Below are positions 40,226 to 51,006 of a stretch of 64,000 nucleotides of DNA, in pieces. The first letter of the stretch is position 1. The number at the start of each line of letters is the position of its first letter. The notes beneath the pieces are model-generated. The model was not told where the DNA came from, did no database searches, and saw nothing but the letters and a program-made list of their open reading frames with translations. A program made the position numbers and the translations under genes. The DNA comes from Candidatus Bipolaricaulota bacterium (GTDB taxonomy: Bacteria; Bipolaricaulota; Bipolaricaulia; UBA7950; UBA9294). The stretch spans positions 1-64,000 of the forward strand of contig JBFMGK010000073.1 in NCBI GenBank assembly GCA_040752575.1, given 5' to 3'.

Positions 40226-41179
40226 TCATCCTCCTCCGCCGTCTCCTGAAGTCCGCGGGTGGTAGTGCACGTGCACATCCCGCACAAGGCGAATCTCGCG
40301 CAGGAGAGCTTCTTCAACGCGGCTCGCCACGGCGTCTCCCTCGGCAACGCTCATCGCTCCATCCACCACGATGGTCAGGTTAAGGACGAGGTACGGGCCG
40401 AAGCGATGTGCGCGAATCTCGTCGATTCCGCGTACGCCGTCGATCGTTCTCGTGACGGTCTCGATTTCGGTGCGCGCTGACCCCTCGAGCGACGTATCCA
40501 TGAGTTCGGCCGCGGTGTTGCGCACGATCTCGACTCCGGTGTGCAGAACAAACAGCGCCACGAGCGCCCCGGCCAACGGGTCAACCCACGCGATGCCGAG
40601 GCGCCCGAGGACGATGCCCGTGGCTGCGGCCGAAGCGGAAAGAATGTCGTTGCGGTGATCTGCCGCGAGGGCGGCGATCGCGGCGTTCTTTGTCTTGCGG
40701 CCGACGCGTGCGGTGTAGAAGTACAACACGATCTTGGCCGCGACGGTCGCCAGGGCGACGCAAAGCGAGATCCAAGCGACGGGGCGCACTGACGCGGCTC
40801 CAGACAAGAGGTCGAAGGTCGCATCGATGGAGTCCCAGAAGATCGCCACGCCGGTCGTGATGACGAAGGCCCCCACGACGAGCGCCGCGATGCTCTCGAG
40901 CTGTCGGTGCCCGTAGGGATGCTCTTCGTCGGGCGGTCTTCGCGCGGCGCGCATGAAGGCGCCGACGACGGCGTAGTAGATGACGTCCGACGTTGAGTTG
41001 ATTCCGTCCGCAAGCAACGCCTGGCTGTGGCCAGCGATCCCGATGCCCGTCTTCAGGACGGCCAGAACAACGTTCGCGATCAGCCCGGCCCCGACGGCAC
41101 GCCCGAGTGCGCGAGGTTGCCCCGTGCTCGTCCCGGGAGCGGTTCGTCGATCGTTGTCGGGCGAGACTCTGCGGTTCAC
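40226..41179 (-). CDS. Cation diffusion facilitator (CDF) transporter
   Basis: ALLADGINSTSD, PDEEHPYGH, AADHRND, VHVHYHP. Confidence 0.92.
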   Translation of the reverse strand: MNRRVSPDNDRRTAPGTSTGQPRALGRAVGAGLIANVVLAVLKTGIGIAGHSQALLADGINSTSDVIYYAVVGAFMRAARRPPDEEHPYGHRQLESIAALVVGAFVITTGVAIFWDSIDATFDLLSGAASVRPVAWISLCVALATVAAKIVLYFYTARVGRKTKNAAIAALAADHRNDILSASAAATGIVLGRLGIAWVDPLAGALVALFVLHTGVEIVRNTAAELMDTSLEGSARTEIETVTRTIDGVRGIDEIRAHRFGPYLVLNLTIVVDGAMSVAEGDAVASRVEEALLREIRLVRDVHVHYHPRTSGDGGGG

Positions 41180-41227
41180 GCGGGCAGGATAGGCCGCGGC
41201 GAAGACCAACGCAAGCTGCGTGACGCT

Positions 41228-41704
41228 CTAGAGGCGCTTCTCCAGAGTGAGGTCGCACGGCCCATCGCGGAAGGGAGCAACGGGGCGGAATCCCAGCCTT
41301 GTGTACAGGCGAACGGCAGGCACCTGGATTTCCGGCGTCGCGACCTCTAGGCGAACGGAGAGATAGCCCCGCCCTCTTGCGAAAACGAGAAGGGCTTCGC
41401 AGAGCCTCCTGCCCAGGCCCTGGCCGCGGTAGTCCGGCAGGATCCACAATCGTCTCAGCTCGGCAAGCTCGGCATCGATGCCGAGCACGCCTCCCGTCCC
41501 AACGATCTTCCCCGCGTCGACCAGAACGAGAAAGATCCCGCCGCGCTCGCCGTAGTACTCCGCGGGCTCCACGAGGTCGTCGAGCGGGTCGTAGCGGGCG
41601 CGGACCTCGTCGACCCCGATGCCCCAAAGAAGGCGGAACCCGGTGTCGAGGACGTGCAGGATCGCCGCCGTGGATCCGCGTTCGACGAGACGGAGGTCGA
41701 TCAT
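41228..41704 (-). CDS. GNAT family N-acetyltransferase
   Basis: AELRRLWILPDYRGQGLG, AVRLYTRLGF. Confidence 0.88.
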   Translation of the reverse strand: MIDLRLVERGSTAAILHVLDTGFRLLWGIGVDEVRARYDPLDDLVEPAEYYGERGGIFLVLVDAGKIVGTGGVLGIDAELAELRRLWILPDYRGQGLGRRLCEALLVFARGRGYLSVRLEVATPEIQVPAVRLYTRLGFRPVAPFRDGPCDLTLEKRL

Positions 41705-42153
41705 GGTCTCCGCCGTGAGCCTCTCGACATTCGATCGAGATACGGGCGCAGGAGCGTTGCCGACATGCCGCAGAACACCGCCGACACGCCGGGCGCATCG
41801 GGGAATCGAAGGCGCACGCAGCGCGTCAGGAAGCTGCGGACCTCGTCCCCCTGCAGGGCGTGCCAGGGCACGAACAGCGGCGGGTGAAACGGCCGGAACA
41901 TCCACATCGCGGACAGCGTAAGGCCAAGGTCATCGACGCGCATCGCCAACACTCCGCTGTAGCTCACGACGCCGAATCGGCCCGAGAGCCACCGCGCGAG
42001 CCCCGCCGCGGGGGGTTCAGGAGCTCGATGGGATCGTGCGAGTCGCGCCCACCCGCCGGCCCACGACGAAATAGCCAGCACGAAGAACCACAGACCGATC
42101 GCGGCAGCCGCGATGCCCAGTCCGAAGAGCACATGATCCGCGCCGAGCTTCAT
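41701..42153 (-). CDS. Hypothetical membrane-anchored protein
   Basis: N-terminal TM, GGWARLA...FRPFHPPLFVPW; ATGA coupling to the downstream GNAT. Confidence 0.65.
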   Translation of the reverse strand: MKLGADHVLFGLGIAAAAIGLWFFVLAISSWAGGWARLARSHRAPEPPAAGLARWLSGRFGVVSYSGVLAMRVDDLGLTLSAMWMFRPFHPPLFVPWHALQGDEVRSFLTRCVRLRFPDAPGVSAVFCGMSATLLRPYLDRMSRGSRRRP

Positions 42154-42288
42154 GGCGGGATGATAGCCGCCAAGCCGGGTTGTCTGAAGTCACGTGATCC
42201 GGGCTTTGCTGTCCGCGGGCGGCAGGGCATACTGGCGCCGATACGGCCGGCGATGCAGTCGGTGGCCGGCCGTCGGCAAGGAGGTCTC

Positions 42289-44268
42289 ATGCCGAAGTGG
42301 CTCCTCTTGGCACTGGCCGTGGCCGTCGTGGCTGGCCTCGTATGGCTCGAGCAGAACTGGACTCCCCAGATGGAGCGCGTGTCTGAACCGGAAGTCGTCA
42401 CGGCCCCCGCGCCGGAACCTGTGCCACCGCCGTCTCCCGCATCCGAGGACGACCCGTCGGCCCGGATCGCCGTTCCGACGGCGCCGGAGACCGTCCCCGG
42501 GGCCGAAGCGTCGCGCACCGGGGAAGCGCCGGCCGGCGAGGGAATCGGCGAGCCCACCTCCATGGCGGCCGACCGGCTCTTGGCGCAGGCCGATGAGCGA
42601 CTCATGCTGATGTCGCCGGAGTCGATCTCGTATCTCGGCCTGGCGGAGTCGTTCGGCATGCGCAACGACCGACTCGACTCGATGTCGTACGAAGCCGAGA
42701 CCGAGGCTTGGGGCGTCCTCGAGGAGACCGCCCGCGACCTCGCGGAGCTGGACCTCGCGGGCGAGAGCGAAGAAACACGCCTGCACGTCGCGATCTACCG
42801 CGCCTGGCTTGACGACGCGCTCGCAGGCCGCCCGTTTGCCGACCACGGGTTCGTGATCAGTTCGCATATGGACAGCTACCCATCGTATCTCGAGTGGTTC
42901 ATGACGAGCCTGCACGTCTTGGCCACGCCGGCCGATGCCGAGGACTACCTCGCCCGCCTGTCGGAGATCCCCGCTCGTTTCGAGGAGGTCGCAGACCGAC
43001 TCGCAAGAAGCGCGGCGATCGGCTCTCTCGCCCCGAAGTTCATGCTCGATGCGGCCATCGATCAGCTCTTGGCGGTCGGCCGCTGCACCGCCGAAGAGAC
43101 AAGCTACTACACGGCTCTGGCCTTCGCTCTGGACGCGATGGATGGGCTGGAGGAGACGCGCAAGGGCGTCTGGCTCGCGATGGCGCGTGAGATCCTCACC
43201 GAGGCCGTCCTTCCGGCCTACCTCCGGCTCGCCGAGACGGTCGCCGAAGTCGCCGTGGAAGCGCCGCAGGAGGGCGGAGCCTGGCGCGCCGAGAACGGCG
43301 ACGCGTACTACGCGTATTGCCTCGCCTCGCAAACGACAACGGACCTGACGGCCGCGGAGATCTATGCGTACGGCCTCGAGGAGGTTGAGCGGATCGAGGC
43401 CGAGATCCGTGACGCCGCGACAGCCTTGGGGATCGAGGCAACCGGCTCGATCCCCGAGATCTTCGGCGAGGTCGAAGCCGTCACCGGGTCATCGCTCGGC
43501 GAGGAGACGCTCGATCGATCGCGCACGCTCCTCGAGCGCATCGTCCCCACGGTGGCCCCCGCGTTCCTTCGCATGCCAGCCGGCGAGATCGAGGTCGTGG
43601 ATGGAGGCAGCTACACCTACTTCTCGGCCGGGACCGCCGACGGTTCTAGACCAGGGCAGTACTTCGCTCCGACGGAGACTCCGCAGCCGATCTACGAGCT
43701 TCCAACGGTCACCTACCACGAGGGCATTCCCGGCCACGGCTTTGCGGCCGCTTATACTGCCGGCGCGGAAATCCCCGAGTACCTCGCCGGCATCTCGTTC
43801 ACCGCCTACGCCGAGGGTTGGGCGCTGTACGCCGAGCGGCTGGCCTGGGAACTCGGCGCCTACGAGGACGACCCTTACGGGAATCTGGGGCGCCTTCAGG
43901 ATGAGCTGTTCCGCGCCGCGCGCTTGGTCGTCGATCCGGGACTCCACGCCCAGGGTTGGACGGTGGATCAGGCCGTGACGTACCTAGGGGAGCACACGGG
44001 TTTCTCCGAGGAGTACGTTCGCTCCGAAGTTGAACGGTATCTCGTGACCCCGGCGCAGGCGGTCACCTACAAGATCGGGATGCGCGAATTCCTCGCGCTG
44101 AGAGAACGCGCCGAAACCGCTCTCGGCGAGAGCTTCGATCTTCCGAGATTCCACGACGCCGTTCTACGACACGGCGAGGTCCCCCTATCGATCCTCGAGG
44201 AACTCGTCGACGCCTACATCGCCGAGGCGAAGGGCCTCGACGGCCCAAGCGGGGAAGTGGGACCGTGA
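42289..44268 (+). CDS. DUF885 family protein (putative metallopeptidase), membrane-anchored
   Basis: TM plus Pro-rich linker, YHEGIPGH, AYAEGWALYAE, RAARLVVD, EVERY, YKIG. Confidence 0.9.
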   Translation: MPKWLLLALAVAVVAGLVWLEQNWTPQMERVSEPEVVTAPAPEPVPPPSPASEDDPSARIAVPTAPETVPGAEASRTGEAPAGEGIGEPTSMAADRLLAQADERLMLMSPESISYLGLAESFGMRNDRLDSMSYEAETEAWGVLEETARDLAELDLAGESEETRLHVAIYRAWLDDALAGRPFADHGFVISSHMDSYPSYLEWFMTSLHVLATPADAEDYLARLSEIPARFEEVADRLARSAAIGSLAPKFMLDAAIDQLLAVGRCTAEETSYYTALAFALDAMDGLEETRKGVWLAMAREILTEAVLPAYLRLAETVAEVAVEAPQEGGAWRAENGDAYYAYCLASQTTTDLTAAEIYAYGLEEVERIEAEIRDAATALGIEATGSIPEIFGEVEAVTGSSLGEETLDRSRTLLERIVPTVAPAFLRMPAGEIEVVDGGSYTYFSAGTADGSRPGQYFAPTETPQPIYELPTVTYHEGIPGHGFAAAYTAGAEIPEYLAGISFTAYAEGWALYAERLAWELGAYEDDPYGNLGRLQDELFRAARLVVDPGLHAQGWTVDQAVTYLGEHTGFSEEYVRSEVERYLVTPAQAVTYKIGMREFLALRERAETALGESFDLPRFHDAVLRHGEVPLSILEELVDAYIAEAKGLDGPSGEVGP

Positions 44269-44726
44269 GCGCCGCACGCGGAGCCGTGACCCTGCGCGAG
44301 ATCACCGGCGAAACGGTGCGTGCCGTGTGCCGGCTCTCCGACACCCTCGAGCCGAATCAGCAGAGAATGGTGGCGCCAAATGCTCTCTCGATCGCTGAAG
44401 CGTACTTCGAACCGCACGCCTGGTTCCGAGCCATCTACGAGGAAGAGGAGCCGGTGGGCTTCGTGATGCTGTACGACGCTCCCGAGAAGGACTACGTGTA
44501 CCTCTGGCGATTCATGATCGCCGCACCGCACCAGCGTCGCAGCGTGGGAAGCCGAGCGCTGGAGCTCGTCTTCGAGCACGCTCGGGCTCGCCCCGGGGTA
44601 CGCGAGGTCCGAGCGAGCTACGTTCCGATCGAAGGCGGCGCCGGTCCCTCCTACGAGAAGCTTGGGTTCGTTCCGACCGGCGAGGTCGACGCCGGCGAGG
44701 TTGTCATCCGGCGTCCTCTGCGCTAG
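44265..44726 (+). CDS. GNAT acetyltransferase (BltD/spermidine acetyltransferase-like)
   Basis: VAPNALSIAEAY, RAIY...VGFVM, LWRFMI, YEKLGF. Confidence 0.82.
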   Translation: MSAARGAVTLREITGETVRAVCRLSDTLEPNQQRMVAPNALSIAEAYFEPHAWFRAIYEEEEPVGFVMLYDAPEKDYVYLWRFMIAAPHQRRSVGSRALELVFEHARARPGVREVRASYVPIEGGAGPSYEKLGFVPTGEVDAGEVVIRRPLR

Positions 44727-44744
44727 CGCCGGACCCCACAGCTG

Positions 44745-46535
44745 TCACCAGCGCCACACGGCGGAGTAGTCATGCCCCGGCGCAGCGGTCAGTCGGAGAA
44801 CCTCGCCGTCCTTAACGCGCAGCGCGTAGACGTCAAACCCCGCGCCGCCTCGGTCGGACGTGAACAGGATCTGGGCCCCGTCCGCCGACCACGCCGGCTG
44901 CATATCCAGACCGGGATCGAATGTGACGCGCGTCACGTTCGAGCCATCAGCGTCCATGACGTAGATCTCGTCGTTGCCATCGCGGTTGGACACTAACGCG
45001 ATCCTCGTCCCGTTTGGCGACCATGCCGGCATCGAGTTCGTCGCGCCGAGGTTGGTCAGGCGGCGTTCGCTTCCGAGATCGGCGTCGGCAAGGTAGATCT
45101 GTTCGGAACCCTCGCGATCCGACGTGAACAGCACACTCTCCCCGTCCGGCGACCAGCCGTAGAAGAGGTCGTTCCACGCGTTGTCAGTGAGCCGACGGCA
45201 CCCGCTTCCGTCGGCGCCCACAACCGCCAACTCGGTGGACTTGATCTGGCACGACGGCCGCGGATTCGGCTCCAGCGTGAACCCGATCTTCGTTCCATCG
45301 GGCGACCAGTACGGCCCCATCGCGCAGGCAGCGCAGCCCGCCGCTTCGGTGATCGTTGCTAGACCCGACCCATCGGCATTCATCACGACGAGAGCCCACG
45401 ACGACGACGACCGATGAGCGTAGGCGGCGAGCTTCGTCCCATCGGGCGACCATGCTGGGTAGTACATATTCTGAGTGCCATCCGACACGCAGCGGACGTC
45501 ACCCCCATCGGCGTTCATCACGTAGATCTGCGACCGTCCTGACCGCGTCGAGACCAACGCGATCGGATGATCGGCGTCTGCCTGAGCGAGGGTCTCGTCG
45601 GTCGGAAGACCGGAAGACTCGGCCGTCGGCGGCAGCCACAGGTCCGGCCAGTAGTCGCCCGCGCCATGACGCGTCAGCCGATTGACGTCCGAACCGTCGC
45701 GGTCCATCGAGTAGATCTCGAAGTTGCCGTCGCGGTTCGTCTGGAAGACGATCCGCTCGCCGTCGGGCGACCACTGCGGGTTCTCGTCGACAACGGTCGG
45801 CGTCTGGGTCAGGCGCGTCAGCTGCCCATCGTCGAGGTTCACGACGAACACGTCCTGCCGAACGCTCGGGAAGCTCGCGGCAAAGAAGACGACCTGCCGG
45901 CCATCGGGCGACCAGTCGGGGAAGTAGTCGCTCATCCCCGTGTCCGCGAGCTTCCGGAGGTCTGAACCGTCAATCCCGACAACGAACAGGTCGACTCCGC
46001 CGTCGCGGTCCGAGCTGAACGCAATCTCTCGCCCGTCGGGCGACCAGTCGGGAGACGCGTTGTGGAAGCGATCGCCGATCACGAGGCGAGGCTCGCCTCC
46101 GTCAGCAGCGACAACGTAGATCTCGCTTTTCCCATCGCCATCGCGATCGGCCTCGAAAGCGATCTCGCGCCCATCGGGCGACACGTCGGGATGGTCCTCG
46201 GAACCCGGCAGGTCCATCAGCCGGCGCTCGCCGCTGCCGTCGGCGTTCATCACGTAGAGCTTCACGAGGCAGCTCGGAAAGCAGGTGATCGGGCGAGGAT
46301 CGTCGCGGTCTGACTGGAAAACGATACGCGTGCCGTCCGACGACCAGTCGGAACAGAACTCGTTCGACGTGTTCTGCGTCAGCCGCGACGCTCCCGTTCC
46401 GTCGGCGTTCATCACGTAGATCTCCGCGTTTCCATCTCGGTTCGAGATGAAGACGATCCTCCCGCCTTCCTCGGACGCAAGACACGAGAGGACGAACCCT
46501 GTGAAAACGATGCCGAGGACGATCATGTGTTTCAC
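44745..46535 (-). CDS. Secreted TolB/PD40-repeat double beta-propeller protein
   Basis: About 11 repeats of WSPDG.RI.F.S.RDG...IYVM.ADG in two blocks separated by a linker; signal peptide. Confidence 0.88.
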   Translation of the reverse strand: MKHMIVLGIVFTGFVLSCLASEEGGRIVFISNRDGNAEIYVMNADGTGASRLTQNTSNEFCSDWSSDGTRIVFQSDRDDPRPITCFPSCLVKLYVMNADGSGERRLMDLPGSEDHPDVSPDGREIAFEADRDGDGKSEIYVVAADGGEPRLVIGDRFHNASPDWSPDGREIAFSSDRDGGVDLFVVGIDGSDLRKLADTGMSDYFPDWSPDGRQVVFFAASFPSVRQDVFVVNLDDGQLTRLTQTPTVVDENPQWSPDGERIVFQTNRDGNFEIYSMDRDGSDVNRLTRHGAGDYWPDLWLPPTAESSGLPTDETLAQADADHPIALVSTRSGRSQIYVMNADGGDVRCVSDGTQNMYYPAWSPDGTKLAAYAHRSSSSWALVVMNADGSGLATITEAAGCAACAMGPYWSPDGTKIGFTLEPNPRPSCQIKSTELAVVGADGSGCRRLTDNAWNDLFYGWSPDGESVLFTSDREGSEQIYLADADLGSERRLTNLGATNSMPAWSPNGTRIALVSNRDGNDEIYVMDADGSNVTRVTFDPGLDMQPAWSADGAQILFTSDRGGAGFDVYALRVKDGEVLRLTAAPGHDYSAVWRW

Positions 46536-46651
46536 CGGGCCCCCTTTCACGACGATGATCTCGCGAAACCGGCGAGCCCGCCAGTCGCGCACGGTTGCCC
46601 GGGAGGCCGCCGGGCTCTACGCTCATGGCATCCAGACGAGGGGGTGCTCCG

Positions 46652-47641
46652 ATGGGTTGGGAAGCGATGCGGAGGATCGTTGTGGGCGGGTCGATTGCGC
46701 TCGTCTGCGGCTCAGCGTTCGTCGCGGCGGCCGATCTCGGCGCCCCAGGGCCCTATGGGTGGGCGTCGTTCGAGGACGAGATCGTCGACGCCGCGCGCGA
46801 GCGCACGGTGAGCGTGCTCGTTGTCTACCCCGTGCCGGCGGAGGACGTTGAGCCTCCTCGCCCCGGGTTTCCGCTCATCGCCTTCCACCACGGCTTTCTG
46901 CTGCGCGGCAGCCTGTACCGCTCGTACGGGGAACGCCTCGCATCGCACGGATTCGTCGTCGTGCTGCCGACGTACGCGATGTCGCTCTCAAGTGCCAACC
47001 ACACCGAGCTGGCACTGGATGCACGGCTTGTGATCGACTACGGGTTAGGCCTGGACCGGGAAACAGGAAGCCCACTGTTCGGTCGCATCGACGAGACAGC
47101 CGTGGGCGCCGCCGGCCACTCGTTCGGCGGGAAGCTCAGTCTTCTCGAAGCGGCTGCCGATCCGCGCGTCCGCGCCATCGCCGCACTCGACCCCGTCGAT
47201 GGCGGCGGGCCGGGCCCGGCCGACCCCGTGTTGTTTCCGAGCGTGACGCCGGAGCGGATGGGCGAGATTACGGCGCCGCTTCTCCTCGTAGGCGCCGAGC
47301 TGGGCGGCGTGAACTGGTTTCTGATCCCCTGTGCGCCGCCGGGTGAGAACTATCAGCGGTTCTTCGAGACGGCAAGCTCGCCGGCGATTGAAGTGACGCA
47401 GAGAGGCGCCGGCCACGGGCAATACGTCGACCCGGGGGCGGAGTTTCTGCTGTCCGCGTGTGCGCCGGGAACGGCGGAGGCCGGGCGTGTTCGCTCCGAC
47501 GCCACCGCGTACCTCACGGCGTTCTTCCTCGGGCACCTCGGGACAGACGCGACGGCTCTCGAGTGGCTCGATGCGCGGCTTGCCGACGACGAGGCACATG
47601 GGCTCATCTCGGTGCGCCGTACGGAGTCTGGCGGGACCTAG
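46652..47641 (+). CDS. Secreted alpha/beta hydrolase (chlorophyllase/cutinase-like)
   Basis: FHHGF, LASHGFVVV, GHSFGG nucleophile elbow, LDPVDG, AGHGQY. Confidence 0.82.
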   Translation: MGWEAMRRIVVGGSIALVCGSAFVAAADLGAPGPYGWASFEDEIVDAARERTVSVLVVYPVPAEDVEPPRPGFPLIAFHHGFLLRGSLYRSYGERLASHGFVVVLPTYAMSLSSANHTELALDARLVIDYGLGLDRETGSPLFGRIDETAVGAAGHSFGGKLSLLEAAADPRVRAIAALDPVDGGGPGPADPVLFPSVTPERMGEITAPLLLVGAELGGVNWFLIPCAPPGENYQRFFETASSPAIEVTQRGAGHGQYVDPGAEFLLSACAPGTAEAGRVRSDATAYLTAFFLGHLGTDATALEWLDARLADDEAHGLISVRRTESGGT

Positions 47642-48267
47642 AGCAAGCGGTTTCCCGCGACGTCGAACGCCGCGAGTGCTGCTCGCGCCGACAGGCTTGT
47701 GGGGTACTCACGCGCCAGCAGCGTCCAGATCATCGATCCGTGCAGGTTGCCCTCTGCATCGCGAGACAGCTCTCGCCGCGTGGCCTCGTGCGTGAATCCG
47801 AGCTTTTGCGGAACGGCTGCGCTGGCGAAGTTGTCAGGGCGACAGTGGATCTCGACTCGCGTCACGCCGACGCACTCGAATGCGACCCGGGTCAACGCGG
47901 CGGAGGCTTCGGTCGCCAGACCCTGCCCGACGTGCGAGGCGCGAATCCAGTACCCGATCTCGAGCGCCCCCGGCTCGAGCCGGGTGTGCAACCCGGTTCC
48001 ACCGATCGCCAGGCGCTCGTCGCGCGACAAGATCCCGAAGATGTAGTCGCGGTCCAGGTCGAACTCGCCGCGGAACGTCCGCAGGCGCTGCGTCTTGGCC
48101 TCGAGGGACTCCGGCTCGCCCTCGACCCAGGGCATCCACGGACGTAAGTGGTCGAGACTCGAGTCGATCGCCTCCTTCAGGAGCTTGGCGTCGCGCGGCT
48201 CCCAGCAACGCAGAACCAGACGATCCGTTTCGACACGATAGGGCATGCTGCGCTTTGCGTTGTCCAC
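47638..48267 (-). CDS. RimJ/RimL family GNAT acetyltransferase
   Basis: ETDRLVLR, LRPWMPW, EIGYW, GQGLATEA, NFASAAVPQKLGF. Confidence 0.88.
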   Translation of the reverse strand: MDNAKRSMPYRVETDRLVLRCWEPRDAKLLKEAIDSSLDHLRPWMPWVEGEPESLEAKTQRLRTFRGEFDLDRDYIFGILSRDERLAIGGTGLHTRLEPGALEIGYWIRASHVGQGLATEASAALTRVAFECVGVTRVEIHCRPDNFASAAVPQKLGFTHEATRRELSRDAEGNLHGSMIWTLLAREYPTSLSARAALAAFDVAGNRLL

Positions 48268-48359
48268 CCGTCCTCCCTTGGCGCCCCGGTCTGCCAAGCT
48301 TACCGAGCGCCGGCCGTCGCAGAAAGCCTGGTTGCGCCATGCCGTGGGAGGTGGGGAGA

Positions 48360-49370
48360 ATGGCTGCGATGATCCCGCTTTCTGATCCGTCTCTAGTGCG
48401 CATTCCTGACCTGGCCTTTCGGTCGTTTCGCGGCGCAGATGACTTCCCCGTCAAGGTTGAGATCATGAATGCCACGGCGCGAGCGGATCGACTCGAGTAC
48501 AACGAGACGGTCGACGACCTTGCCCTCCTCTTCGCCCACCTAGCGAACTGCGATCCGCAGTCCGATATGGTCTTCGCCGAGGCTTCGGGGCGTCCGATCG
48601 CCTACGGACGCGTCTTCTGGCGCGACGAGGTCAGCGGTCTGCGCCTCTACACCTCGCTTGGCTTCATCGATCCAGAGTTCCGCCGACGCGGTCTGGGTCG
48701 CGCTTTGCTTACCTGGAACCAGGCCCGACTCGCTGAGATCGCGCGAACACATGACTCGGACATCGACAAGGCTCTCAACGCGTACGCCACAGACACCTCT
48801 CGCGGCACGGTGGCTCTCCTCGAGGGATCCGGGTATCAGATAGCGCGGCGTATGGTGGAGATGATCCGACCGATCGATCCTCCGCCTCCGCCGTGTCCCC
48901 TCGCTTCAGGACTTAGGGTCGTGCCCTCGAAGCCGGATCACTACCCGGCCATCTGGAGCGCGCGCGCCGAAGCCTACCTGGACCACTGGGGCTTCCTCGC
49001 CCCAGCGAAGGGAGACTGCGAGCGCTGGATGGCCACGCGTCGGTTTCAACCCCATCTGTGGAAGGTCGCCTGGGACGGCGCCGAGGTCGCTGGCGCGGTC
49101 CTCAACCACGTCGACGTGCAGCGAAACGCGTGGGCGGGGAAGGAGCGCGGCTACACGCAGGATGTCTTCGTTCGACGTCCGTGGCGGCGACGCGGACTTG
49201 CCCGTGCGCTGCTTACGGAGACCCTTTTGATGTTCCGCGAGATGGGAATGGAGGAGACGCTCCTCGGCGTCGACGCGACGAATCCGCAAGGCGCCCATCG
49301 GCTCTACGCAGACCTCGGCTACCAACCCGTCATGTCCCACCTGCACTACCGAAAGCCCCTGCGCGTCTAG
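48360..49370 (+). CDS. Tandem-GNAT acetyltransferase
   Basis: Two acetyl-CoA motifs, PEFRRRGLG and RPWRRRGLA; LGVDATNPQGAHRLY. Confidence 0.85.
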   Translation: MAAMIPLSDPSLVRIPDLAFRSFRGADDFPVKVEIMNATARADRLEYNETVDDLALLFAHLANCDPQSDMVFAEASGRPIAYGRVFWRDEVSGLRLYTSLGFIDPEFRRRGLGRALLTWNQARLAEIARTHDSDIDKALNAYATDTSRGTVALLEGSGYQIARRMVEMIRPIDPPPPPCPLASGLRVVPSKPDHYPAIWSARAEAYLDHWGFLAPAKGDCERWMATRRFQPHLWKVAWDGAEVAGAVLNHVDVQRNAWAGKERGYTQDVFVRRPWRRRGLARALLTETLLMFREMGMEETLLGVDATNPQGAHRLYADLGYQPVMSHLHYRKPLRV

Positions 49371-49497
49371 CTCCGTGCCGAGTGCCGCCGCGGCGGACCG
49401 CGGTCGAACCGCAGCATGGCACAAAGGGCACGTGCGAGCCGGGTTGGTTGTATCCGGAGCACAGCGAGACTAGGCTTTCGGTCTGCGAGGAGGTCTC

Positions 49498-50193
49498 ATG
49501 GCCACGATCTCGATTCTCTATGACAACCATGCGCAGGGCGATGTGCGCCCGGGGTGGGGGTTCTCCGCCTGGATCCGAGTGGGCGATGAGTCCGTGCTCT
49601 TCGACACGGGCGCCGACAAGCTCGTCTTCGAGGGCAACGCGCGCGCCCTCGGCTGTAACCTGAGCACGGTCGGCGTCCTCGCGTTGTCGCACGAGCACTG
49701 CGACCACGTCGGAGCCGTCTCGGCCGTCACGCGCAGAGGGCTGCGCCTCCTCGTCCCCTCCGCCTTCGCCCGGCGATTTGGCGGGCTCCGGAAGATCGGC
49801 GTCGAACTCACCGCGGTGAAGGGACCCACGCAGCTCTGCGCCGGCGTGAAGTCCACGGGGACGTTCGGGCGGGCCATCCGCGAGCAAGCTCTCCTCGTCG
49901 AGGGCTCGGACGGCCCCGCCCTCGTCACGGGTTGCGCCCACGCAGGGATCGCGACGGTCGCCGAGATCGCCACGAAACTCGCGCAGCGCCCACTCGCCCT
50001 CGTCGTCGGCGGCTTTCACCTCTTCCGCTCCGACGAAGCCGAGGTCCGCCATGCCGCCGACCAGCTCCTTCGCCTGGGCGTCGCCCGCATCGCGCCGTGC
50101 CACTGCACGGGAGACGCGGCAGCCGGCATCCTCCGCGACGCTTTCGGGAATCGATTCACGGAGGTCGCTGCGGGGAACCGGATCGAGGTCTAG
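49498..50193 (+). CDS. MBL-fold metallo-hydrolase (7,8-dihydropterin/RNase Z-like group)
   Basis: WGFS, LFDTG, SHEHCDHVG, TGCAHAG, GGFHL, PCHCTG. Confidence 0.88.
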   Translation: MATISILYDNHAQGDVRPGWGFSAWIRVGDESVLFDTGADKLVFEGNARALGCNLSTVGVLALSHEHCDHVGAVSAVTRRGLRLLVPSAFARRFGGLRKIGVELTAVKGPTQLCAGVKSTGTFGRAIREQALLVEGSDGPALVTGCAHAGIATVAEIATKLAQRPLALVVGGFHLFRSDEAEVRHAADQLLRLGVARIAPCHCTGDAAAGILRDAFGNRFTEVAAGNRIEV

Positions 50194-50280
50194 CCGGCTT
50201 CGCGAACCGCGTCCAACCAAGGGGCGCCCGCCACGCTACGGCGGACGCCCAACGCGTAGACCCGTCGGCCAGAAAGGGTC

Positions 50281-50820
50281 CTAGAAGGAACCGCCGCTTT
50301 GGAGGGCGAGCTCGAACGCAGGAAGGTGAGCTTCGAGAGACGCCCTGCGCAGGTTCGAGAAGACCCGTGTGATGTCTGCGTACGCGCTCACGGCGGCAAC
50401 CTGCGCGTCGTAGAGAGCGACGTTGGCGATTTCCGCGTCGACGCCGGCTTGGGCCGCGTTCTCAAGGCTTGCCGGGATCTCCACAACGCCAAGGTAGGGG
50501 TTCTCGACCGGGTAGCTGACCGCGTAGCGGTCGAGGATCCGCTGCAGGGCCACGATGTGCCTCGCCTCCGAGGCCAGGATGCTCGCGTACGGCTCGACGT
50601 ACCCGTACTCCTGAACGATCGCCGCATAGGTTGCATAGGCTGCGTACTCCCCGTCGGGCCCGACGAGCGCTTCGAGAACGACGCCCGACACATCGTACGG
50701 CAGGGACGCCTGCACGACAGCGCTGGACTGGCTCCATCGCCACCCCCCCGCGCCGAGAACCAGTACGCCGCTGACCAAGAGACCTGCCACAACAAGGCCG
50801 ATAAGAGGAATCCTCTTCAT
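50281..50820 (-). CDS. Exported ferritin-like protein (DUF2202-like)
   Basis: Signal/TM helix, EYAAYATY, SEARH, AEIANVALY, ASLEAHLPAF. Confidence 0.75.
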   Translation of the reverse strand: MKRIPLIGLVVAGLLVSGVLVLGAGGWRWSQSSAVVQASLPYDVSGVVLEALVGPDGEYAAYATYAAIVQEYGYVEPYASILASEARHIVALQRILDRYAVSYPVENPYLGVVEIPASLENAAQAGVDAEIANVALYDAQVAAVSAYADITRVFSNLRRASLEAHLPAFELALQSGGSF

Positions 50821-51006
50821 TGCCGTACTCCTTTCCTGCCGCGGCCCGGCACGTCCGGACCGGATGAGGAGATCGTCAGCTGTTGCCGTGGTCGGTTCGG
50901 GTCAGAGTTGTGGCGCGATGGCAGGCAACATGCGAAGAAGATGTCTCAACCTGATGGCAGAGACATGAGCGGCAGCGGCTCGCGGTCGCCCTCGAACCGT
51001 TTCCGC

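Noticed and set aside
44745..46535. Repeated GGCGACCA-type nucleotide motifs resembling a repeat array or CRISPR
   Set aside because: They are degenerate and encode WSPDG propeller repeats. There are no identical repeats with unique spacers and no cas genes.
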